A stretch of DNA of 15,140 nt from Planctomycetota bacterium (GTDB taxonomy: Bacteria; Planctomycetota; SZUA-567; H5-PLA8), in contig JBBRPR010000110.1 of NCBI GenBank assembly GCA_038227875.1, positions 1 to 15,140 of the forward strand. The letters run 5' to 3'. The position numbers and the translations under genes were made by a program. The notes below the pieces were generated by a model. The model saw only the letters and a list, made by a program, of their open reading frames with translations. It searched no databases and was not told the origin of the DNA. Position 1 is the stretch's first letter. Each line of letters begins with the position of its first letter. Positions 1 through 6,715 of the stretch are shown here, piece by piece.

Positions 1-132
1 AGTCCTCAGTCCTCAGTCCTCAGTCCTCAGTCCTCAGTCCTCAGTCCTCAGTCCTCAGTCCTCAGTCCTCAGTCCTCAGTCCTCAGTCCTCAGTCCTCAG
101 TCCTCAGTCCTCAGTCCTCAGTCCTCAGTCCT
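1..132. repeat. Perfect heptamer tandem repeat (AGTCCTC)n, 18 full copies plus a 6-nt partial, truncated by the window edge
   Basis: Read directly: period 7 with no mismatch from 1 to 132. Degenerate continuation (gtcccttagcagtccgtg) overlaps the stop codon of the adjacent gene. Confidence 0.99.
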
Positions 133-137
133 GTCCC

Positions 138-1322
138 TTAGCAGTCCGTGCTGATCCATTTGCGCTTTTCCGACGACTCCAGCGCTGCGTCGAGCACCGC
201 CTGCGTCTTCGCGCCGCTGGCGAAATCCGGCTGCAGCTTCGCGGCCTTGCCTTCCGCGATCGCCTTGACGATGTCCGCGCACTGATTGATGAACGTGTGT
301 TCGTAACCAATGATGTGCCCGGCCGGCCAATAGGCTCCGGCGTACGGGTGCGAACCGTCGGTGACCATGATGTCCGTCCAGCCCTGCGTCTGCGCGGGAG
401 CCGAGGCGTCGTAGAACTTCAGGCGGTTCATGTCTTCGAAGCCAAATTCGATCGCGCCCTTTTCACCGTTGATCTCGATCTTGTTGCCGTTCTTGCGCCC
501 CTGGGCGAACCGTGTCGCTTCGAACGTTCCGATCGCGCCGCTCTTGAACTTCGCCAGGATGATCACGGCGTCGTCGACGGTGACCTTCGCCATTTCGGAC
601 TTCTTCGCGGCGCCACCTGAGGCGCTCAAACCGCCGGCCATCGCGCCGACCGGGCGTTCCTTGATGAACGTCTCGGCGTGCGCGACGACTTCCGAGATTT
701 CATCGCCGGTGATGAAGCGGGCTGCGTCGATGATGTGAGCGTTCAAGTCGCCGTGCGCGCCGGAGCCGGCGGTCTTGGAATCCAGGCGCCAGACGGCGGG
801 GAAATTCGGGTCGATGATCCAGCTCTGCAGGTACACGCAGCGCACGTGGAAGACGCGGCCGATGCGGCCCTGGTCGACCAGCTGCTTGGCCAGCGCCAGC
901 GCGGGCACGCGGCGGTAGTTGTACCAGACCGTGTTGAGCAGATTCTTGGCGTCCTTGGCGGCCTTGACCATCTTCTCGGCTTCCGCAACGCTCATCGCCA
1001 GCGGCTTTTCGCAGGCGACGTGCTTGCCCGCCTTGAGCGCGGCGATGGCGATCTCAGCGTGGCTGTTGTTGGGTGTGCAGATGTCGATCAGGTCGATGTC
1101 TTTTCTTTCGATCAGCTTGCGCCAATCGGTCTCGACGGAATTCCAGCCCCACGTGTGGGCCATGTCCTTGGCGCGTTCTTCGTTGCGGCCGCAGATGGCC
1201 TGCTTGACGACTTTGGTGGAGCTGGGAAAAAAGTGCCCCACCTGGCTCCAGCCGTTGGAATGAGCCTTGCCCATGAACTGGGTGCCGATCAGGCCCACGC
1301 GCAATTCGGTTTCCTTTGGCAT
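138..1322 (-). CDS. Gfo/Idh/MocA family NAD(P)-dependent oxidoreductase (394 aa); substrate unknown, probably a sugar or inositol
   Basis: N-terminal Rossmann segment (LRVGLIGTQFMGKAH), DLIDICTPNNSHAEIAIAALKAGKHVACEKPLA family signature, YNYRR and GAHGDLNAHIID catalytic-region motifs, strong SD upstream. Confidence 0.95.
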   Translation of the reverse strand: MPKETELRVGLIGTQFMGKAHSNGWSQVGHFFPSSTKVVKQAICGRNEERAKDMAHTWGWNSVETDWRKLIERKDIDLIDICTPNNSHAEIAIAALKAGKHVACEKPLAMSVAEAEKMVKAAKDAKNLLNTVWYNYRRVPALALAKQLVDQGRIGRVFHVRCVYLQSWIIDPNFPAVWRLDSKTAGSGAHGDLNAHIIDAARFITGDEISEVVAHAETFIKERPVGAMAGGLSASGGAAKKSEMAKVTVDDAVIILAKFKSGAIGTFEATRFAQGRKNGNKIEINGEKGAIEFGFEDMNRLKFYDASAPAQTQGWTDIMVTDGSHPYAGAYWPAGHIIGYEHTFINQCADIVKAIAEGKAAKLQPDFASGAKTQAVLDAALESSEKRKWISTDC

Positions 1323-1329
1323 TCCGATA

Positions 1330-1337
1330 CTCTCCTT
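1330..1337 (-). promoter_or_regulatory. Shine-Dalgarno site of the oxidoreductase
   Basis: AAGGAGAG on the minus strand, ending 7 nt before the ATG at 1322. Confidence 0.85.
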
Positions 1338-1448
1338 AAAAAGAAGTGTTGGGTTTCATCATCAATCAAAATCAAAGGGGAACAGTGCTTCGCCGATTTC
1401 AAATCCACCGTCAAGCCGAATTTAGAGACAGTGTTGAGTTCCCAGTTT

Positions 1449-1496
1449 TAGTTTTGAGTTGGGTTGCATTGCCGCAGCGTTCGTAACTCAAAACTA
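1449..1496. repeat. 12-bp perfect inverted repeat with a 24-bp spacer
   Basis: TAGTTTTGAGTT (1449-1460) and AACTCAAAACTA (1485-1496); inner GTTGC/GCAGC (1463-1467/1474-1478) can also pair. Confidence 0.8.
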
Positions 1497-1583
1497 TCCT
1501 GTAGCCGGGCTAATGAAATTAAAGCGCACGTGTGCGAATACAAATAAAACTTCTGCAATTTTCCGTATTGCTCTTCTTTTGTT

Positions 1584-1612
1584 TTGCTTTCGTTCCGCCA
1601 AAGAGTTACTTT
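1584..1612 (+). promoter_or_regulatory. Putative sigma70-type promoter
   Basis: TTGCTT (1584-1589), 17-nt spacer, TACTTT (1607-1612), with a T-rich upstream tract; predicted start near 1619. Confidence 0.5.
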
Positions 1613-1618
1613 TCCCGT

Positions 1619-1908
1619 ACAGCACGTATCGAATGGAATCGAGGGCAAATAAATTCCAGCAGCGGACGCTGTCTCCCACAAAACTCAAACATGAAAATGT
1701 GACCGTCGACGCAAAGGAACTTCCCTCCAAGGTCTTCCCTCGCGTGGCACCGACACCCAGGCACGTTGGCTGGTCACATCAGCAGCCCGTTGAAGGTTCA
1801 GTCCGCCTTTAATTCCGGGAAACGCCTGGCAGTAAAAAGCGTTTCCCGGCGTCGAATGAGGACTCTCCCCCAGCGGGCTGCGGGGCGGCGCGCATGGCCG
1901 CTCTTTTT
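1619..1908 (+). ncRNA. Candidate structured non-coding RNA or leader (~290 nt), family not recognised
   Basis: Hairpin A: ATGTGACC-GTCGACG (1697-1711) pairs with CGTTGGC-t-GGTCACAT (1764-1779). Hairpin B: GCAGCCCGTTG/CAGCGGGCTGC (1782-1792/1871-1881), AGTCC/GGACT (1800-1804/1860-1864), CCGGGAAACGC/GCGTTTCCCGG (1815-1825/1839-1849). Bounded by a promoter-like site and a terminator. The 5' end is inferred. Confidence 0.55.
1882..1908 (+). terminator. Intrinsic terminator
   Basis: GGGGCGGC-gcgcatg-GCCGCTCT stem (8 bp including 2 G-U) followed by TTTTATTT. Confidence 0.7.
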
Positions 1909-2001
1909 ATTTGGTTCGCGTCCATTAAGAAGGTGACTTGAGTCGATCGCGCAGGTATTGAAAAACTCATCCCACTCTCATGAGAACGAGTCGCTATTCC
2001 C

Positions 2002-3591
2002 ATGGACGCAACCTCGGACAGTCCTGGCAGTCCCGCCGGTTCCTCCCGCCCCGTGGATTCCATCGACCCGACTGAAACCGTGGAACTTCCACCGCGCGTT
2101 CCAGAATTATCGACCATCAAGTGCCCGTCCTGCGAAGCCACACTGCAGAAAGTCGCGATCACGCCCGGCGTGAAGATCAATTGCCTCCATTGCGGCTCCC
2201 GCTTTTTTCCGCCGAGCGCCAACGATGTCGCCGACGCCACGGATGCCATTCCCGTGGGCGAAGCCGCAAAGCCGAAAACCCGCGAACCGAAAAGCCCCGG
2301 CTACTGGCTGCTGCGCGTCCCGGCCGTGATCGTGTTGGTGGCGGGGCTCTTCGTCACGGCGCTGATCATATGGTTCGGATTGCATGACTTCCGGATGAGA
2401 CTCGAAAATTTCTGGGCCGCATCCTATGTCCCGCTGATCGCCCTGGCCGGAACCTTTGCGTTTCTCTGGTCGCGCGCACTGGCGCGCATCGACGCGGGAA
2501 TGACTCACCGCTTCTGGACGCTGGGCCTGCTGCGCGAGCCGCTCCCGCCGATGCCGGGTTCGAGCCTGCCCTACATTGCGCCGCTGGCCGTCGTGGGTGG
2601 ATTTTTTCCGGTCTTTGTTTTTTCTTTCGGCGGAGAAAGCCAACCCCAGGAAGTTTTCACCGCCGGACTCTTCGGCGCGCTCCTTTTCCTGTTTGGATTC
2701 ATGGCCGAGGACATCCGCCAATTTGCCTGGCGCGAACATGCCGCCGCCGAAAAGATTGCGCCTCCCACGCCGTTCGACCGCCATCGGCCCTACGGAAGTG
2801 CCGTGTATTCGTGGACAGGTATTGCGTGTCTGGGCGGTTTCATCGGACTGGCGATGCTGGAAGCGTATATCGCTTATGAACAGTGGTCGCGCGGTTACTC
2901 CTGGGCACGCAGCGAAGTCATCATCTTCACCCTGATGTCGCTGGCGTTCATCGGTTTTGGCGTAACAGGCTTCAAGCTTTGCTGTGATTGGGATCGCGCC
3001 GTGGCCAGCTGGTCGCGTGTCGCCGCCAGACTTCACCGCGGAAACGCCGAGCTTTCCGGCGCGCAGCTCTTCCCGCCTGCCTTCCAGCCGCGAGGCTTCT
3101 CCGCAGCTGTCCGCTGGCTGCCCATCGCCTGGGCGCTCTATGGGATCGTCTTCCTGATGATCGTGGCCGTCGACGGAATTCGTGATGGCGGTATCCGCAA
3201 CGCAGGAATCTGGCTATTGATCGTCGTCAGCAGCATCTTTGCCGCGTTCTGGTTCTCGTTGATGATTCTCCAGGTTTCCCGCTGGAGGCAGGCCAAGCAG
3301 GCCAGCTGCGCGCTGCTCATGAAGGAGAAGACCCTCGCGGCAACGCCCACGACCACCGGTTGGCCGGGAAGCATCTTCACGTTTTCCATCGGGATCGCGT
3401 TGCTCGAATCGGTGCTGATGCTGTGCATGCTTCTGGAAACGAGTTCCCGAGCTTCCATGGAGTGGCAGTTCTTTTTCGCCACGCCGCTTTTCCTGGGTAT
3501 TGTCCACTATCCCGTGTTCTGGATTGCGACGATGACCCGCGAATTCGTGGCGCTGGAGCAGGATGTGTTGCCAGGCAAATCCGACGAGTAG
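2002..3591 (+). CDS. Zinc-ribbon-containing multipass membrane protein (529 aa), function unknown
   Basis: Low-complexity S/P/D N-terminus, CPSC...CLHC cysteine pairs, then about 10 hydrophobic helices; GC-rich codon usage. Confidence 0.85.
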   Translation: MDATSDSPGSPAGSSRPVDSIDPTETVELPPRVPELSTIKCPSCEATLQKVAITPGVKINCLHCGSRFFPPSANDVADATDAIPVGEAAKPKTREPKSPGYWLLRVPAVIVLVAGLFVTALIIWFGLHDFRMRLENFWAASYVPLIALAGTFAFLWSRALARIDAGMTHRFWTLGLLREPLPPMPGSSLPYIAPLAVVGGFFPVFVFSFGGESQPQEVFTAGLFGALLFLFGFMAEDIRQFAWREHAAAEKIAPPTPFDRHRPYGSAVYSWTGIACLGGFIGLAMLEAYIAYEQWSRGYSWARSEVIIFTLMSLAFIGFGVTGFKLCCDWDRAVASWSRVAARLHRGNAELSGAQLFPPAFQPRGFSAAVRWLPIAWALYGIVFLMIVAVDGIRDGGIRNAGIWLLIVVSSIFAAFWFSLMILQVSRWRQAKQASCALLMKEKTLAATPTTTGWPGSIFTFSIGIALLESVLMLCMLLETSSRASMEWQFFFATPLFLGIVHYPVFWIATMTREFVALEQDVLPGKSDE

Positions 3592-3598
3592 CGTTCTC

Positions 3599-4403
3599 TT
3601 ACTCCGCCTTGATCACTTCGACTTCCATCTTGCTGGCGAGCGGACGCGCGTTGCCGTCAGTGACGCGCTGCCACTGCGGCAAGAGCGCGGAGAGTGTCAG
3701 GTAGTTGCAGAGCATCAGGTAACCGACCATCAGGAACAGCGCCGAGCTGCTGGTCATCAGCGCGAACCCCTGAAAATAAAGCAGCGCGCCAGATATCGGC
3801 AGCAGCAGTAAACCGCCGCGCACCAGTCCGGTGACCGAGCCCCGGAAACCGGTCATCATGCCATCCGGCGCACCGGTGGCCATGCTGCGCACCACCATCG
3901 CCCCGCCCACGCACGACATCACCAGCGGATAACAAATCGGCACCACCCACGGTGACGTCACAGGCAACCCCGCCCCGCCCAGGAGCATGCCGCCCACGAC
4001 CAGCCCCGCAAAACAAACGGCCCCCGCCAGCAGGAGCAACAACACCGAACCCAGATCTTCGCTGCCGTGATTCATCAGGTATTCGACGATGAACCCGACA
4101 CAGCCCAGCCCGAAGAGCATCAGGTAGCAGACATAAAACCGGCGGCCACGAGAGCACCGGCGCCGCCAGGAATCCCATCGCCGCGCCGGCAGGGATCGAG
4201 AGCACCGCGTTGCTCAGCCGCCCGCCGGCAATCGCCAGGATGTACGCGTTCCCCGCGCCCAGCGTGCTGAGCAGAATGGACATCATCAGCTGGTGATGGG
4301 CCTGAGGCGACCTGTCGTAGCCCATCGCCGCGACCAGGGCCAACGCCGGCATCGCCAAGGCCAGCACACCCCACGGAAATAGCTTAAACTCCGCGTGCCG
4401 CAT
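3599..4403 (-). pseudogene. Frameshifted membrane-protein gene (~267 aa if repaired), paralog of 4439..5380; true pseudogene or sequencing indel
   Basis: The N-half (ATG 4403, SD GGAGG) matches the neighbour (PWG, LGAxNxY, GAAM). The C-half homology (YPLxxS, GxRxS, xN) lies in the 3599..4120 frame. The switch is near 4133-4142 (minus strand CCGGTTTTAT). Confidence 0.75.
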
Positions 4404-4438
4404 CGAGCGCCTCCGAACCCTGATCGTAGCGCCGCGCG

Positions 4439-5380
4439 CTACGAAGGCAATGCGGGGGATTCAGGTTCTTCCCCGGCTACTCCAGTGTCTTTTTGTGGTA
4501 CGGAAGCGGTGGGTGGGACTGGGGACTGCAACGAATCGGGCGCAAGCTGGGGAATCTCTTTCGCCGCGTCCTCCGCGGCATTTTCCGCGGTCTCCCGGTC
4601 CACTTTCGTCATCATGCGGTCGTCCTCGCCTTCCCGCGTCGCACGATAGACGGCCTCAAAAAGATGCTTCATGCAAAACACATTGCTCGCCGCCGCGCCG
4701 AAGATCACCGACCCGGTCTCCGGGCTGAAAACTCCGGAGGAGATTCCTCCCGGAACGAGCGTGTTGAGCAGTTTCAGGAACGTCATGCCCAGACAGTAGC
4801 CCACGACGCCCGCGATCATTCCGTAAAGCGACGCCCGAGCCCCAACCAGGAACGCGCCGAATACGCCGAGCAGCGACAGTTCCAGCGGCATCGACGCCGT
4901 GATCACCGAGCAAATGAGAGGGTAGGCGACAACCAGGTGAGCACTGCGGCCGCCGGTAGTGGAGTCCTGGACGACCACGGTCATCAGGATGACCATCAAT
5001 AGCATCGTCACCGCGCATCCGGACAGGATCTTCACGCCGTTGCTGATCGCGTTGAGCATGATGATGCCGAAGAGGATGATCACCACGGCCGCGCCGATCT
5101 GATTTTGGAGCAACTGCGTCGCACCATACGCCATCGCTGCGCCCAGGGGCACCGCCAGCACGCTGCGCCCGAGATCGCCGATGGCGATGCCGATCAGATA
5201 CCCATTAGCCGCGCCGAGCACGCCAAAGAAAACGCCACCGGACCGCCAGATCCGTTCGTCCGCGGGAAACGGCCGCGCCAGTTCGCCCTGATAATGGGCC
5301 GCCGCCGCCACGCCCGCGACAATCGGCGCACCCACCGCCAGAGCACCCCAGGGCCAGCGCGAAAATTTTGGCTGCTGCAT
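4439..5380 (-). CDS. Multipass membrane protein (313 aa) with an acidic Pro-rich C-terminal tail, function unknown
   Basis: Several Gly/Ala-rich TM segments; clear similarity to the downstream frameshifted paralog supports a real gene. Confidence 0.85.
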   Translation of the reverse strand: MQQPKFSRWPWGALAVGAPIVAGVAAAAHYQGELARPFPADERIWRSGGVFFGVLGAANGYLIGIAIGDLGRSVLAVPLGAAMAYGATQLLQNQIGAAVVIILFGIIMLNAISNGVKILSGCAVTMLLMVILMTVVVQDSTTGGRSAHLVVAYPLICSVITASMPLELSLLGVFGAFLVGARASLYGMIAGVVGYCLGMTFLKLLNTLVPGGISSGVFSPETGSVIFGAAASNVFCMKHLFEAVYRATREGEDDRMMTKVDRETAENAAEDAAKEIPQLAPDSLQSPVPPTASVPQKDTGVAGEEPESPALPS

Positions 5381-5410
5381 GCGGAGTGTCCGAAGAAAAT
5401 GTTACAACGA

Positions 5411-5596
5411 CTATTTCTGATGCGGCTGCCGCGGCCGGTTGCGCCGATGTTCCGGCTTCATATTCGCCTCAGCCCAGGTGATCATCTCCTGGATCAACCG
5501 CCACCGCTTAGCTGGGTCACGCTGCATGGCGATGGCGCGTTTGCGTTCTTCTTCCTCTTTGGTGAAGGGGCGGTCCGGAAGTTGCGGTTCGCTCAT
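5411..5596 (-). CDS. Small charged helical protein (61 aa), putative partner or antitoxin of the nucleotidyltransferase
   Basis: MSEPQLPDRPFTKEEEERKRAIAMQRDPAKRWRLIQEMITWAEAN...; ATG 5596 overlaps the NTase stop (ATGA), indicating translational coupling. Confidence 0.75.
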   Translation of the reverse strand: MSEPQLPDRPFTKEEEERKRAIAMQRDPAKRWRLIQEMITWAEANMKPEHRRNRPRQPHQK

Positions 5597-6087
5597 GGCG
5601 TCTGCCCTTTTCTGGCGATTACTTCCCGCAGATATTTCACGCGATCGTGATGCTGCTGCGCCAAGTCGAGCGCTTCCTGACAACGCAGCATATCTTCATC
5701 GGAAAGACTGGAATATTGTATTCCCGAGCCCGTTCTTTTTGCCCCGGCTCGCGCCTTACATTCGGCATAGCACCCTTCAAGCCCCTTTACTTCGCGAAAG
5801 ATGTCAATTGCGCCTTCGTTGCTCGTGAGGCAGAACACATTCTGTCTCATCAGCCACGCCACATCTGGCCCGACGGGCTTCCAATGCAGATCGTCTGGAC
5901 CCCATTCGGCCTTTAGGTCCATTAGCGCTGCGGTGAGTTGCTCTCGATTTTGCTTCTCGTCCTGAATCCAGATATCCACGTCGAACGTCAACACTGGCGC
6001 ATGATTTAGCAGAAAATTAACACCACCAATCAGCACATAATCGACATCGTGCGTGTTCAGTGCTGATAGAATCGCGTCGACATTCAT
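5593..6087 (-). CDS. Pol-beta-superfamily nucleotidyltransferase (164 aa; AbiEii/DUF6036-like)
   Basis: DYVLIGG...LTFDVDIWI motif (hGG plus TxDxD), third acidic strand GAIDIF. ATG 6087 is preferred over the TTG at 6123. Confidence 0.85.
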   Translation of the reverse strand: MNVDAILSALNTHDVDYVLIGGVNFLLNHAPVLTFDVDIWIQDEKQNREQLTAALMDLKAEWGPDDLHWKPVGPDVAWLMRQNVFCLTSNEGAIDIFREVKGLEGCYAECKARAGAKRTGSGIQYSSLSDEDMLRCQEALDLAQQHHDRVKYLREVIARKGQTP

Positions 6088-6094
6088 AGTGGCT

Positions 6095-6123
6095 ATTCTC
6101 GCATGATCAGTTGCAACGTTCAA
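6095..6123 (-). promoter_or_regulatory. Possible promoter giving a leaderless NTase transcript
   Basis: TTGAAC-17 nt-GAGAAT with a TGn extension; ATG follows 7 nt later; no SD. Confidence 0.35.
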
Positions 6124-6614
6124 CCTGAATGCCTTTCAAGTATTCCCAATTTCTGAAGTACTGACTTTACGTCCAAGTTCACATCTTTGATTGCCTCAAA
6201 AATGACTTTCTCCTCATCAGCGTAATCCTGTGCCCTCCAATTTTCCGTTAAGATGGATCCTTTGGTATTTTTCAATAGCCACCACTTGTCTTTTTTCTCC
6301 AAAAGGTTTCCAATTCTATAAGTACCCTCGGCAATTTCTTCACCTGCGTTTGAAAATTGGGGAATTGGTCGATGGGTTCCGTCTTTTGCAACGACAACAT
6401 TTATCGTGAATTCTCCTACCTGCCAGGCTTTTGACGAATGCTGAAAGTATAGATAGACGTGAACGTGCGAAGATTCGGCGCGGCCTGCGTAGAAGGTGCT
6501 TGCCTTGGGTAGATTTTCTCGCGCGTCGTTCAGCGCAGAGATAAACGGCATGGTCTCACGCCAATTCTTCTTCAAAGCAGCAATAAATTTGCAAAAGACA
6601 CTCTTTTTCGTCAC
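6120..6614 (-). CDS. Hypothetical protein (~164 aa), AT-rich; start uncertain (TTG 6644, GTG 6614 or ATG 6551)
   Basis: Long open frame in AT-rich DNA, where chance ORFs are short; globular alpha/beta-like composition; no family recognised. Confidence 0.7.
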   Translation of the reverse strand: MTKKSVFCKFIAALKKNWRETMPFISALNDARENLPKASTFYAGRAESSHVHVYLYFQHSSKAWQVGEFTINVVVAKDGTHRPIPQFSNAGEEIAEGTYRIGNLLEKKDKWWLLKNTKGSILTENWRAQDYADEEKVIFEAIKDVNLDVKSVLQKLGILERHSG

Positions 6615-6651
6615 GATGGCTCGTCTCTCAACGGTGGGCTTCAACCAACTT

Positions 6652-6676
6652 GCGCGGGCTGAGACGCCCGCACCAC
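6652..6676 (-). repeat. REP-like hairpin GTGG-TGCGGGC-GTCTCA-GCCCGC
   Basis: GTGG tetranucleotide plus a GC-rich stem; same core as the copies at 9833 and 14666. Confidence 0.7.
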
Positions 6677-6687
6677 CGCGTCAGCGT

Positions 6688-6715
6688 CATTCATCAATCA
6701 TAGTTCATCGTTCGA
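6688..6715. repeat. Degenerate heptamer tract (CATTCAT CAATCAT AGTTCAT CGTTCGA) spanning the uvrA stop
   Basis: Four period-7 units with consensus CRTTCAT. Confidence 0.5.

Noticed and set aside
1..132. CRISPR array or coding repeat
   Set aside because: Pure 7-mer tandem with no spacers; the small ORFs 118..330 and 125..310 are alternative frames of the oxidoreductase.
1385..1414. tRNA-Sec-like TTCAAATCC and a minus-strand TTGACG promoter
   Set aside because: No cloverleaf; the -35 has no acceptable -10 at 16-18 nt spacing.
1644..1717. c-di-GMP-I riboswitch-like words (GGCAAA, GACGCAAAG)
   Set aside because: The GNRA-capped stem expected between them is missing and the spacing is wrong.
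1741..1756. T-box-like TGGCACC core
   Set aside because: Flanking antiterminator helices and a specifier stem are not evident, and the downstream gene is not amino-acid related.
1459..1812. ORFs in the divergent intergenic region (1459..1812, 1448..1681, 1494..1730)
   Set aside because: No SD, no recognisable motifs, mutually overlapping, and they cross promoter-like and structured sequence; a short peptide cannot be fully excluded.
3657..4120. C-terminal part of the 248-aa ORF 3657..4403 as real protein
   Set aside because: Arg/Gly-rich out-of-frame translation; homology to the paralog continues in the other frame.
4515..4528. Two GGGACTG heptamers resembling the left-edge array
   Set aside because: Only two copies inside a Pro/Ser-rich coding tail; compatible with chance.
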